Shown piece after piece: positions 39,396 to 49,861 of a DNA stretch of 64,000 nt (the stretch's first letter is position 1; every line of letters begins with the position of its first letter). Made by a program: the position numbers and the translations under genes. The stretch is from Verrucomicrobiota bacterium (lineage in GTDB: Bacteria > Verrucomicrobiota > Verrucomicrobiia > Opitutales > Seribacteraceae). The stretch lies in NCBI GenBank assembly GCA_027622665.1, contig JAQBYT010000005.1:32001-96000 (forward strand), given 5' to 3'. The notes under the pieces are model-generated. The model was not told the origin of the DNA, searched no databases, and saw only the letters and a program-made list of their open reading frames with translations.

Positions 39396-40100
39396 ATGGG
39401 TACTCAATATAAGAAGGTTATAAAGCGCAAGCGGCGTAAGGCATATTTGGCTCGCCGCAAGGCGTCATTAAAAGAATCTCTCCCCGCTACCAAGAAGGGC
39501 CGCAAAGCTGCGGCCGCAAAGCCAAAGTCTAAACGCAAGGCGTCTCCAAAGAAGGCTGCTCCCGAGGAAGTGAAGGAAGAAGTCGCCGAGGAGGCTGTTG
39601 CCGACAAAGCCTCGGCTGTCGATATACTAGGAGTAGATTCCGTGAAGGAGCAGGAGACTCCAAGCGAAGAGACTCAGTCTCCGGAACCAGTAGAGGAAGC
39701 CGCTGTCGAGGAAACTCCTGGCGAAGAGGTTGCGGCCAAAGAAAAGCCGTCTGAAGATTCTGCTGAACAAGCCGAGCCTGAAGCCGAGGCTACCGAAACT
39801 GAGGAACCCGTTGCCGAGGAACCCGCTGAGGAGGAAGAATCTTCCGAATCTAGTGAGGAAGCCGAGGCGAAAGCTGACGATGTGAGCGACAATCAAGAGC
39901 CAGACGCAGAGGTAGCCGAAATCGAGGAACCCATTGCTGAGGAACCAGCCGAAGCAGGAGAATCTTCAGATGCCGAGGAACCAGAAGCTAAGGCGGAAGT
40001 CGCCACTGCCGATGATTCCGTAGAATCCGAAGAGTCCACGGAAGCCGAATCTGATGCTGAGTCCGTGGATGCTGCGGAGGAAGAGAAGAAAGAGGATTGA
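39396..40100 (+). CDS. Hypothetical protein with a very basic N-terminus and a long acidic disordered tail
   Basis: MGTQYKKVIKRKRRKAYLARRK.., then a Glu/Ala/Ser/Pro-rich tail with an internal repeat. Start set at ATG 39396. Confidence 0.75.
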   Translation: MGTQYKKVIKRKRRKAYLARRKASLKESLPATKKGRKAAAAKPKSKRKASPKKAAPEEVKEEVAEEAVADKASAVDILGVDSVKEQETPSEETQSPEPVEEAAVEETPGEEVAAKEKPSEDSAEQAEPEAEATETEEPVAEEPAEEEESSESSEEAEAKADDVSDNQEPDAEVAEIEEPIAEEPAEAGESSDAEEPEAKAEVATADDSVESEESTEAESDAESVDAAEEEKKED

Positions 40101-40120
40101 TTGTTTCCTCGGCGATTTTC

Positions 40121-40618
40121 ATGAAACGCCGAGCCCTTTTATTTTTCTGCGCGATTCACTTGGCCGCCTTGTCGGCTCTCCATGCGTTTGAGTTTCGTCA
40201 TGTCGCCCATAGGTATGTCGAGGCGAAATCGTTCAAGAGAATCAGCGAATACTTTACCGGCCGGGAAAATCCGGGCAATCGTTTGCTTTGTCGTTCGCGT
40301 CCCGTGGAAAGGGCGGGTCTCTACTTCATCCTCTCGCTAAACGAACATTCCCGCAAACTGCCGCAGGGGGCTCAATTCGTTGTTGAGTTTATCCGACCCG
40401 ATGACCCCGAAACCAAAACGATTCGCGTTCCGGTTCCCGAACATCGTCCACGCGGCAAAGAAATCTACCTCGGGTTAACCGGAGATGACTGGCCCGATAA
40501 GATTGCTCGTCCTGTTGCTTGGCGTTTGCGTTTGGTCGATGCCTCCGGCGAGGTTCTCGCCCAGAGAAAAAGCTTTCTCTGGGAACATCCTGCCGACAGG
40601 TTCGAGCGCGGATCGTGA
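40121..40618 (+). CDS. Exported hypothetical protein
   Basis: Signal peptide ending in ALHA; FKRISEYFTGREN..GLYF..GLTGDDW..SFLW. Confidence 0.7.
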   Translation: MKRRALLFFCAIHLAALSALHAFEFRHVAHRYVEAKSFKRISEYFTGRENPGNRLLCRSRPVERAGLYFILSLNEHSRKLPQGAQFVVEFIRPDDPETKTIRVPVPEHRPRGKEIYLGLTGDDWPDKIARPVAWRLRLVDASGEVLAQRKSFLWEHPADRFERGS

Positions 40619-41472
40619 TCTTCACCCCTTGGCGTAGCCTGGGAAAGAAAACTGGTTTCACCGAATATTCCCTCGCGGAGACCCTAGAAGGAGGCCAATC
40701 CTTCCTTTGGGCAAAAACGGCCTCCGGATCATGGCTGGGGACTTGGGGGGACAATATTACCGAGTTAAGAATCGTGTCGGGTTCTCTCGAGTGGCGAACT
40801 CCTAAACAACGAACTGTGGAAAGAAAGGAAATCGTTCGTTATCTCGCCATCGATTCCGAATACGATGCAATATGCAACTCATTGCCTTGGCGAAGCGATC
40901 CTGTTCTTGCCGATGCAATGAAGAGATTTCGTGGTCTTAGAATCCTTAGGCAACCCCTTTCCGAGACCTTGTTTTGCTTCCTGCTAAGCTCAGTCAAAAG
41001 CATTCCTCAAATAAAAGACCTGTGCCTAAATACAGCCCGGGAATTCGGAGAAGAACTTGTTCCGGGCATACATGCAATTCCTACTTGGGAGAGACTTGCC
41101 GAGGTGGCTGAACCAGACTTAAGGGCTCTCAAGTATGGCTATCGCGCAAAGTACGTTGCTGCAACAGCTGAACGACTCGCAGGCGAGCCTGACTTTTTTG
41201 AAAATTGCTTAGCGATGCCTTACGTTGATGCGCGATCTAAGCTTATTGAGTTGCCAGGCGTGGGTGGTAAGGTGGCCGATTGCGCCCTGCTTTTTGGAGG
41301 GGCCAAGCTCGAGGCATTTCCGGTCGACACTTGGATAGCCAAGGTAATGTCCGACAGATATGGAATGGCGGGGTGGAACCTCGATCAGATCGCCTCTTTC
41401 GGTCGTATCCATTTTGGACCACATGCAGGACTAGCCCAGCAATTTCTGTTTTCGGCGGTGAGGGCAGGGTAG
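40615..41472 (+). CDS. 8-oxoguanine DNA glycosylase (OGG1-like, HhH-GPD)
   Basis: TLEGGQSF.W, GLRILRQ, GYRAKY, LPGVGGKVADC, FPVDTW, AGLAQQFLF. GTG start overlaps the upstream stop. Confidence 0.88.
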   Translation: MIFTPWRSLGKKTGFTEYSLAETLEGGQSFLWAKTASGSWLGTWGDNITELRIVSGSLEWRTPKQRTVERKEIVRYLAIDSEYDAICNSLPWRSDPVLADAMKRFRGLRILRQPLSETLFCFLLSSVKSIPQIKDLCLNTAREFGEELVPGIHAIPTWERLAEVAEPDLRALKYGYRAKYVAATAERLAGEPDFFENCLAMPYVDARSKLIELPGVGGKVADCALLFGGAKLEAFPVDTWIAKVMSDRYGMAGWNLDQIASFGRIHFGPHAGLAQQFLFSAVRAG

Positions 41473-41657
41473 GGGACTTTCTTTAATTTCTTCACACGCC
41501 TTCTTTATATTAATGTCTTAAATCTCGAACTATTTGATATTTGAGAGGTAGTTGGCATTTAAACTTTAGCCCGTTTAAAGCTTTAAGAATCAATGTCCTT
41601 TCCTCTCTTGCACTTCAAAGTTGAATCTATCACTTCATAAATTTCATATTGATCCTC

Positions 41658-42446
41658 ATGAAAACCTTCATCTCTTCACTTGCCTCAATTCTTTTGCTTA
41701 TGATTGTCGCTCAAGCCGAAAAGCTTGATGATGGCTTTTCATCCTATGTTCCCGTCACATTGGGAGACTCTTCCAAAACCGCCTTCAATTATCGATGGCG
41801 TGCACCCGACAAGGTGGAACCTGGAAATAAGTATCCTCTTCTTTTTTTCCTACATGGAGCTGGTGGACGGGGGAATGACAATAAGGGCCAACTGAACGAT
41901 GCGGGCGGCATCAAGGCCTTCGTCAAGCAAGGCGTTTCTACAAGCCGAGAATCCTATGTCTTTGCCGGTCAAGTGCCTAATGGCCAGCGCTGGGTGGATG
42001 TTCACTGGGGTACTTTGGAGCACAAGATGCCCAAGGCTTCCAAATCGATGGCTATGGCACTCGAAGCTCTCGAAACATTCATCGGCGATAAGAAAAACCA
42101 AGTCGATCCTGATCGCGTCTACGTCATGGGGCTTTCCATGGGTGGCTACGGTACCTGGGACGCTATCCAGCGTCGCCCTGATCTTTTTGCCGCGGCCGTC
42201 CCAATTTGTGGAGGTGGCGACAAAAGCCTTGGTCAGAAAATTGCCAAGCTACCCGTCTGGGCATGGCACGGGGATAAGGACGGGGTTATCAAGGTCAGTC
42301 GTTCTCGCGATATGATCGAAGCGATCAAGGTGGCGGGCGGCTCTCCCAAATACTCCGAGATCAAGGGACGCGGCCACAATGCCTGGACCGATGTTTGGAA
42401 CTCGAATGAGCTTTGGGACTGGTTGTATTCTCAAAAGAGAAAGTAA
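41658..42446 (+). CDS. Exported esterase/peptidase (alpha/beta hydrolase)
   Basis: FLHGAGGRG.DN, GLSMGGYG, PICGGG, HGDKD, GHNAW. Confidence 0.88.
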   Translation: MKTFISSLASILLLMIVAQAEKLDDGFSSYVPVTLGDSSKTAFNYRWRAPDKVEPGNKYPLLFFLHGAGGRGNDNKGQLNDAGGIKAFVKQGVSTSRESYVFAGQVPNGQRWVDVHWGTLEHKMPKASKSMAMALEALETFIGDKKNQVDPDRVYVMGLSMGGYGTWDAIQRRPDLFAAAVPICGGGDKSLGQKIAKLPVWAWHGDKDGVIKVSRSRDMIEAIKVAGGSPKYSEIKGRGHNAWTDVWNSNELWDWLYSQKRK

Positions 42447-42593
42447 AAGAAAGAATCTCTGTCTTTTTAGGGTTTGCCAGTCATTTTTACGGGACGGCAT
42501 TTTGGAGGGATTGCTCGTCTTTTTATAAAAAAATGAAAAAAAAGTCGGCTATTTTCCGTTGAGCGTAACTTAGTATGCATAGAATCTTTTTCC

Positions 42594-42758
42594 ATGCCCA
42601 CTGATAATTCCATTACCTCTCAACATGAAGATTTCGTCTCGCTCTACGTTCCACACGAACCGGGTGTGTTTTCCTTCGTTTTCGGCATCGCGGGGAAAAC
42701 CGTGGATGCCGAGGATGTGACGCAACGGGTTCCCCAAAGATGCTTTAATCTACAATGA
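42594..42758 (+). pseudogene. Truncated ECF sigma-70 factor (region-2 remnant)
   Basis: Manual translation gives MPTDNSITSQHEDFVSLYVPHEPGVFSFVFGIAGKTVDAEDVTQR.., stopping after 54 aa. Confidence 0.65.
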
Positions 42759-44933
42759 CAACCTTCCAATTTATCCCTAGCCCTAACGATCTGTTGGGTT
42801 GCGGTATCGGCTCAATCCAAGAAACCGAATGTCATCCTATTTATGGCGGACGACATGGGCATCGGTGATACCAGTGCCTACCTAGGGGTGAAACTGATCC
42901 CTCAGACCGAGGCGATTGGGAAAACTCTTAAGACGCCCAATATCGAGAAGCTAAGCAATCAGGGCATGATCTTCACGGATGCCCCCGCCTCCATGTGCAG
43001 CTCGACGCGCTATTCCCTCCTTACGGGGCGGCTCTCGCATCGTTCCTACCTTAAAAAGCAAGGTTGGCTTCCGAACGGTCCCAGTCGGCCCATGATTCAC
43101 CGAGAATTGACTACCCTTCCCGAGATGCTGAAAGGAACGGTTACGCCACAGCGGCGATCGGGAAGTACCATGTCGGGATGGATTTCGACGATGGGTACGG
43201 AGCACCTGCTGATGAGTTCGACTTCCATGACGTTGACTTCACCAAGTCCATCCTGGACGGGCCGACTCACCATGGCTTTGATGAATTCTTCAGGATGCCG
43301 GGAAACACCGAGGACCCCCTTGACTCCGAACCCAGAGTGTACCTTCGCAACGACCGGTGGACCTTTTCGAACCGCTCGAAAATGAGGTTGATCGGAATGA
43401 AGCACAGGGAAGGTCGCGTCCTCGCGGATCCGGACTGGAACCTTGCTGACCTCGAGGCCGATTACCTGCGCGAGGCCTTAGGCTTCGTGAAGAGGCAGGC
43501 CAAGGAAGAGAAGCCCTTCTTCCTCTACTACGTACCCAATGCAAACCATTACCAGCGAAACCCGACCGGGGAGTACGCCGTGCCCGAAGCCATTGCCGGC
43601 ACTAAGATCAAGGGAGAGAGCGTATATTCCGACGGCACCAAGGGAGGCGACCGCGAGGACATGGTTCTGGAAAACGACACTGCTTTCGGGGCATTGCTCA
43701 AGACGCTCCGAGAGACGGACGATCCTCGTCAACCAGGCCATAAACTGATCGACAACACCTTGGTGATCTTCACTAGTGACAACGGCTCAAATGTGGGTGA
43801 AAACAAAGGCCGAAACCAGGAAAGCGGGGGGTTGCGGGGCAAAAAGGCAAAGATTTGGGAAGGTGGACACCGCGTACCTTTTGTTCTCTTCTGGAAGGGA
43901 CATTTCTAGGGTAACCGGATCAACCGGAATCTGTTCTCGCTCACGGATCTCTTCGCCACCCTCGCCCGCGTCGTCGGGGACAAGCTCAATCCTTTCGAGG
44001 CCCAAGACAGCTTGGATTCGCTCGCATACTGGAAGGCCCCCGAGTGCGCGCTATTTCTTTTGCCACCTCGGACCGCCCTACGGAAACGACGCCATCGCAA
44101 TAAGGCAATCATCCCAAAAACTCATCTTTCAAGGTGGTCTTGCACATCCATGGGCAGACTCTTGAACTAAAGGGTCTACGGAAGCACTTGTCTCTTATGA
44201 ACTAAGTGAAAACCCGTACGAGGAAGGAGATTTTTCCGATAAGGACGGGAGCGAGAAAGCAACGAGAATGGCTGCCGATTTGTTAAAGATCCATAACCGT
44301 GGCCATCTGCGAGAACTCGATCCGCAAGACGACGGAAACCTGATTCTTGACGACGGATGGCACAACTTGAGAAACGACCTGACCGGAGTAATCGGATTCG
44401 AGTTCGAGCTTCTGGAAAAACGCACAGCCACCCACCTAGGAATGTGGGACGACCATGACCGCGAAAAGCCTGTCCGTTCCGCACGCGGAATTCCCACCGA
44501 GGAGCAACGGGACCAACCAAGCCGGATTGGGAAAAACCCAAGAACCATACAAAGCCCGCCTTCAATTGCCCTCTGGAGGCTCGATGGAGGCTTTCCGGAA
44601 GAACTCATCCGCATGAAAATGGCACCAGGCAAATCAGGCGAACTTGAAGGCGAGTTTCGATACTTGAAGGTCGACAGGCCCATTGCCCTTGAAAAGGGAG
44701 CCAAGTACCTGCTCACCATGTCCACTATTGCGGGTGACGGGGATCATTTTCACGACCCCGCCGCCTACGACGGTATATCCCCGCTGATCAATCCCAAGGT
44801 CAGGGTCCTCCGAAGCGTCCTTTTCAGGAATGAGGATATGGAACGGGCATTGGCAATTCCCTCATTCGCTGATCTACGTTCCGACTACTCTTTATTTCGA
44901 ATCCCCGTCGGCCCGACCATCCGATTCCAATAG
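42755..44933 (+). pseudogene. Fragmented sulfatase with an extra C-terminal domain
   Basis: KPNVILFMADDMG, CSSTRYSLLTGR, then a frameshift near 43130 to GYATAAIGKYH..FTSDNG..RGKK..WEGGHRVP. In-frame TAG at 43907-43909, further shifts, and LYELSENPYE leading into ORF 44268-44933. Confidence 0.85.
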
Positions 44934-45030
44934 AACCCTTATGGAAAAGCTTTCGCGTAATAATGAACTGCGTATCCCAATAGAGCACATGGTTGAGATT
45001 TAATATTCTCTTCTGCTTCACTCCTTGCTA

Positions 45031-45568
45031 ATGAAACACACACCTTTGCCTTTCCTCGCTTGTGTTCTCCCTGACAGGACATGCCTCCATTGAGCCCGTT
45101 CCCTTCCACGAAGTCGAGATGACGAGCGAGTTTTGGCGCCCGCGTCTCATCACCCAGCGAAAGGTGCTGGTTCCCTTCGCCTTCGAAAAGACCGCACAGG
45201 GCGTGGCCCACCTGCAGGCAGCGGCCGACTTTTTGGAAGGGAAAAAAGTGGAGGAGCATCGTCCCCACAGGTTCATCGATTCCGACCTTTACAAGGTCAT
45301 GGAAGGCGCCGCCTACCTGGCCCAATTACAGGACGACCCCGAATTGGAAGCCGCCTACCCTCAGCTTTTCGTCACAAACGAGGAGATAACGAAGAATCGA
45401 GACCAAGCGAGAAAAGCCCTCAAGGAAAACGCGCACTTCAAGAAGCTCACCGATGACCGGGCTGCCGCCTACCGGGCTCAACAGGACCACCTCTACGAAA
45501 ACGACGAAAGACTAGCAGAGCTCAAGGAATTAGTGGAAAACGAGAAAGCGCAGTCCAAAAACAAATAA
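45031..45568 (+). pseudogene. GH127 (DUF1680) N-terminal fragment fused to an unrelated helical C-terminus
   Basis: EPVPFHEVEM..FWRPRL..FIDSDLYKVMEGAAYL..DPELEA, then an abrupt change. The signal-peptide ATG 45031 is out of frame. Confidence 0.75.
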
Positions 45569-45690
45569 CCCTCGGATCCAAATTTTCGATTCGTATTGAG
45601 AGCAATTAAATCGAAAGCCATTTAGCGGCGTAATTGTTATCGATTGAAAATTGCCAGCCCGAATCGTTGTCGGTAAAGATATTCGTGATC

Positions 45691-47064
45691 ATGGACATCA
45701 TTGAAATGAATCAGCTTCGAATGAACGAGTTGGCCGCATGCAGCCCACAACTTGCCGAACAAGTGAAGGCCCTTGATTGGATCGAAATGCAAGCCGCCTT
45801 GGACGAATGCATTTTCAAGAAGGATCAAATCGGGTTGCCCGAAGAGTATGGCCCAGCCTCCTACTTCCCATTAATACCGGGAAATCCGGAACAGGAAAAA
45901 CTCTATGTACAAGCCTTTGAGCATGGAGAGTCACTCATTCGGGCAGGCAAGACCGCCGCCTTTACGGTAGCCGGGGGGCAGGGGACACGCTTGGGATACG
46001 ATGGTCCGAAGGGCACCTTGCCCGTCAGCCCTATCAAGGGGAAACCGCTCTTTCAGCTCTTCGCCGAACAAATTGCGGGGATAGGTGAAAAGTATGACGT
46101 CACCATCCCTTGGTACGTCATGTGCAGTCCGCTCAACTTGGAGGCTACCCTAGCTCACTTTGAAGAAAACGGCTATTATGGGCTGAACCAAGAAAACCTT
46201 GCCTTCTTTGCCCAAGGCGTGATGCCGGCAACCGATTTCGAGGGCAACCTTCTCCTCACCAACCCAGACAGCCTAGCCCTCTCCCCCAATGGTCATGGCG
46301 GATCTCTCAAGGCCCTGATTGACTCCGGTTCCGTTGCCGACATGGCCCAAAGAGGCATCGAGCACGTCTCTTACTTTCAGGTAGACAATCCCTTGGTCGG
46401 CATCATCAACCCGCTTTTTATTGGACTTCACGACCTGCAAAAATCCGACATGTCAAGCCGATCGCTGACCAAGACCGGACCCTTTGAGAAACTCGGCAAC
46501 TTCGTTTCCATTGGCGATCGTGTAACCATCATCGAGTATTCGGATTTGCCCGATGAAAAGGCTTTGGAAAAAGAGGATGACGGGCGGATCAAGTACCGGG
46601 CAGGAAGTCCGGCCATTCATGTTCTGCGCCGTGACTTCATCGAGCAATTCGCCAGCGGAGAGATCAAGCTTCCGTACCACCGGGCGGAAAAGAAAGTTGC
46701 TTGCTTGAGCGACACCGGGGAATCCGTCACTCCCGAACAACCCAATGCAGTTAAATTCGAGACCTTCGTCTTCGACGCTCTGCCCCTCGCCAAGAACCCT
46801 TTGATTCTCGAAGCCGACCGGTTGGAGGAATTTTCCCCGGTCAAGAACATGACCGGGATCGATTCCTTGGAAAGCTCGCAGGCCGATCAAATAAAAAGGG
46901 CCAAGCGATGGCTCGCTAACTCGGGTCATGCCATCAGGGAAGACGCCATCGTGGAAATCTGTCCTCGGGCTTTTCCCAGCGAACGGGACCTCCTTATCGC
47001 AAACCCGGAAAAGTGCGACCTCGAGGCTGATTTGGTTTACCTGAGTACGGCCGATCGCTCTTGA
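45691..47064 (+). CDS. UDPGP-family UDP-N-acetylhexosamine/UDP-sugar pyrophosphorylase
   Basis: AGGQGTRLGYDGPKG, SPNGHGG, QVDNPL, IEYSD, KFETFVFD, EFSPVKN. Confidence 0.9.
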   Translation: MDIIEMNQLRMNELAACSPQLAEQVKALDWIEMQAALDECIFKKDQIGLPEEYGPASYFPLIPGNPEQEKLYVQAFEHGESLIRAGKTAAFTVAGGQGTRLGYDGPKGTLPVSPIKGKPLFQLFAEQIAGIGEKYDVTIPWYVMCSPLNLEATLAHFEENGYYGLNQENLAFFAQGVMPATDFEGNLLLTNPDSLALSPNGHGGSLKALIDSGSVADMAQRGIEHVSYFQVDNPLVGIINPLFIGLHDLQKSDMSSRSLTKTGPFEKLGNFVSIGDRVTIIEYSDLPDEKALEKEDDGRIKYRAGSPAIHVLRRDFIEQFASGEIKLPYHRAEKKVACLSDTGESVTPEQPNAVKFETFVFDALPLAKNPLILEADRLEEFSPVKNMTGIDSLESSQADQIKRAKRWLANSGHAIREDAIVEICPRAFPSERDLLIANPEKCDLEADLVYLSTADRS

Positions 47065-47069
47065 AAAAG

Positions 47070-47843
47070 TTAAGGGGTGTCTCCGTTTGTGTGATCTCCA
47101 GTTGCTCCTTCAGATTCGACCCGCTTGAAACGGCCGCTCTCAATGAAGCTCAGGCAATGCTCGAAGGTATCCTTGCAATTCATGATGAAGGTATGACTGT
47201 GGTGCAGAAGCAACCAGTCGTTCATTCCTTCGAGCTCGGTAGACTTAACGGCCACTAACCCATCATTTGGTTCCGAAAAGGTAAGGCTCTGACCCTTGTC
47301 CCCTGCCAGAATGCCAAAGGGTACCGTCGGAACCGGCAAGTCACGGTAAAAGATTTCTTCTGATAGTTTTTGACCACTATCTCCCGCTAACCAACGATAG
47401 AGAAGGTTCTTCTTGAAGCGCTTTGCCAAGTGGGCCGGTTGGTTGGGAGGGGCAAGCATCACGACCTTTCCCAAGCCGGAGGGATATTCTTTCCGAAACG
47501 CATTGCGGATAATGACGTTTCCCAGCGAATGTCCGATGAGGTGATAGTTGGAAGTCTTTACTTTTTTCCCTATGAATTCAACCAGTTGTTCAGATATTTC
47601 ATCGAGAGAATCGCTTTTCTGGTTATATGTAAAGTTCGCCGTTTTATAGCCCGCCGATCGAAATCGCATGCTCAAAACCAACATGGAAAGCCTCGTGCGC
47701 CCTTGTCCGGGCAAGAGAACGATGGACTCGTTCTTTTTCATGGCAATGTTAGAAGGCTCATCTTTTTTTGAATCCATACGGCTTGCGGTAACGCAACTGG
47801 ACAAAGGAATACAAGCAAGCAGGAAAGCCGGAACGTTTTTCAT
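47070..47843 (-). CDS. Lipase/esterase-like alpha/beta hydrolase (putative lipoprotein)
   Basis: GHSLG nucleophile elbow, MLAPPN, NDGLV, HTFIM. Confidence 0.85.
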   Translation of the reverse strand: MKNVPAFLLACIPLSSCVTASRMDSKKDEPSNIAMKKNESIVLLPGQGRTRLSMLVLSMRFRSAGYKTANFTYNQKSDSLDEISEQLVEFIGKKVKTSNYHLIGHSLGNVIIRNAFRKEYPSGLGKVVMLAPPNQPAHLAKRFKKNLLYRWLAGDSGQKLSEEIFYRDLPVPTVPFGILAGDKGQSLTFSEPNDGLVAVKSTELEGMNDWLLLHHSHTFIMNCKDTFEHCLSFIESGRFKRVESEGATGDHTNGDTP

Positions 47844-47978
47844 ATGCTTGCCGGAACTTCAAGCAAATCAATTAGTCTTCCCAAAAAGGTGATCATCTTG
47901 AAAACCATTGCATTGACAATATCGAGCCAAAGGCAAGGAAAAGCTTGCTCAGGGTAAGGTTCGCTTCGATAAGAAATT

Positions 47979-48854
47979 ATGGCTACCAAATTCCTTACTC
48001 CATTCCTCGCCCTTTTTCTTTTCGCGCCACTCTTCGCCCAGAAGATCGAGCCGACCTACAAGCACGTTGCCTACGGGGCACACAAGGACATGAAGCTCAA
48101 TTTCTGGAAGATCGAGTCCAAGGAACCCACACCGCTGCTCGTTCATATCCACGGGGGAGGCTGGCTTGGGGGCAAGAAAAACGAAACCTACGATTCCACC
48201 CAGAGACATGGTTACAGCTATGCCTCGATCGACTACCGTCTGGCCGGCACTGAACTTCTGCCCGCCGCCGTGCACGACGCTGCCAGAGCCATCCAATTCT
48301 TGCGAACCAAGGCAAAGGAATGGAATTTCGACCCGAAGCGCATCGCCGTGACCGGTGGTTCCGCCGGGGCCGCCTCCAGCTTGTGGCTCGCCTACCATGA
48401 CGACCTTGCCGACCCCAAGAGCAAGGACCCCGTCCTGCGCCAATCCTCACGCGTCTGCGGAGCCGTGGCTATGGGCGGACAAACCACGCTCGACCCCTTC
48501 CTTCTCAAAGAAAAGATCGGCTTAGCCTGTATCCGTCATCCCATGATCTGGAAGACCGTGGGTGCGATCAGCCACGAGCATCTGATGAAGGACTGGGACA
48601 AATACAAAGCTATTTCGATCGAGTGCTCTCCCCTTACTCATGTCACCAAGGACGACCCACCCGTCTGGATACGCTACGGCAAGCCCGCTCCCGTGCCCGT
48701 GATCAAGGGCGACGGCATACACCACGCCGGTTTCGGGCGTCTGCTCAAGGAAAAGTGCGAAAAAGTCGGCATCAAGTGCCATGTATCGGTTACTGGTCAC
48801 GAGCAACCGGAGATCAACAACACCGATTTCCTCAAGCAGGTCTTTGCAAAGTAG
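47979..48854 (+). CDS. Exported carboxylesterase (HSL-like alpha/beta hydrolase)
   Basis: HIHGGGW, IDYRL, GGSAGA. Confidence 0.88.
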   Translation: MATKFLTPFLALFLFAPLFAQKIEPTYKHVAYGAHKDMKLNFWKIESKEPTPLLVHIHGGGWLGGKKNETYDSTQRHGYSYASIDYRLAGTELLPAAVHDAARAIQFLRTKAKEWNFDPKRIAVTGGSAGAASSLWLAYHDDLADPKSKDPVLRQSSRVCGAVAMGGQTTLDPFLLKEKIGLACIRHPMIWKTVGAISHEHLMKDWDKYKAISIECSPLTHVTKDDPPVWIRYGKPAPVPVIKGDGIHHAGFGRLLKEKCEKVGIKCHVSVTGHEQPEINNTDFLKQVFAK

Positions 48855-48923
48855 AGGCTTCCGCGGGGCACGGTTAATCGGGATTTGGCGCGAGCCAATA
48901 ATCCGTGGCCATCTGGCTTTAGT

Positions 48924-49592
48924 TTATTTCTTGATTCGAAAGTGACCTGTAATTGGAAAATCGAACAGTCGGTTTTCTTCCTGAGCGCCACTGCCGATAT
49001 TGTGGATTACGAATGGAACCCCGGTGGGGGTCTTCTTGTCGCTCACTATCATTATATGCGCCAAATTACGGCCCACCGTGCATATGACTAAGTCGCCTGG
49101 CAGATAGTCCTTCGCTTTCCGAGTCACGACTAAGGAGCAACCCCGACGCTTGAAATAGGTCTTGAGGTTAGGGACGCGTCGATGGTCGATGTTGGGGTCG
49201 GGTTTCTTGAGGCCCCAGATATTTGGGTATGCGGAAAAGGCAGTTTTCATATCCTCATGCAAAAGTTTCCGCAGGTCGATCTTGCATGCATCGCGTAAAG
49301 CTCGAATCACGACGTCCGTACAAACTCCCGTTTCAATGGGGAGGTCACCATTTGGATACGCCAATCCGACGTAAGTGGGATAATAACTTAGTGTTTTCCC
49401 AATCTGACTGCGGGCTGCCGTAACGATTGGGGATGCGGTTGCCTCGCGTTTTGTCTTAGGTGTTGCGGAATTGCCGTCTCCTAGTGTCGGGCCTTGGTCG
49501 CAACCAACCACGAACCAGGCAATCATGGCCAAAAGCCAAGTGGCGCTTCTGAACCGTGTTCGGCAATTTGTCCGTGTCGCCTGCTTCAACAT
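48924..49592 (-). CDS. DUF1287 (YijF-like) putative lipoprotein
   Basis: YPNGD..GVCTDVVIRALR, PDPNIDHRRVPNL, HIMIVSD, IHNIG. Start uncertain. Confidence 0.85.
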   Translation of the reverse strand: MLKQATRTNCRTRFRSATWLLAMIAWFVVGCDQGPTLGDGNSATPKTKREATASPIVTAARSQIGKTLSYYPTYVGLAYPNGDLPIETGVCTDVVIRALRDACKIDLRKLLHEDMKTAFSAYPNIWGLKKPDPNIDHRRVPNLKTYFKRRGCSLVVTRKAKDYLPGDLVICTVGRNLAHIMIVSDKKTPTGVPFVIHNIGSGAQEENRLFDFPITGHFRIKK

Positions 49593-49861
49593 TAGTAAAG
49601 ACCCCAATGCAATGGATAGTTTTTTGTTAATGATGCGGTATTCGTTTACCAATGTATCGTCACATGATTTGAATTTATTCTGATAACACACTTTAGAAGT
49701 AAACGGCAAGTTTGCCCAAAGCAGAATCATCAACAGGGGGAGGTTTCCGGAAGTCCCTCCATCCCAAAGAATCAAAAAATCGCGCGAAATGACTGGAAGT
49801 AGATCCAATCTGGCGCTAATTGATTTCGACCATCCGATAACACACAACCTAGAAGTTACCA

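Noticed and set aside
42756..43909. Stop-codon readthrough or programmed frameshifting in the sulfatase
   Set aside because: Multiple independent lesions plus motif decay fit pseudogenisation better.
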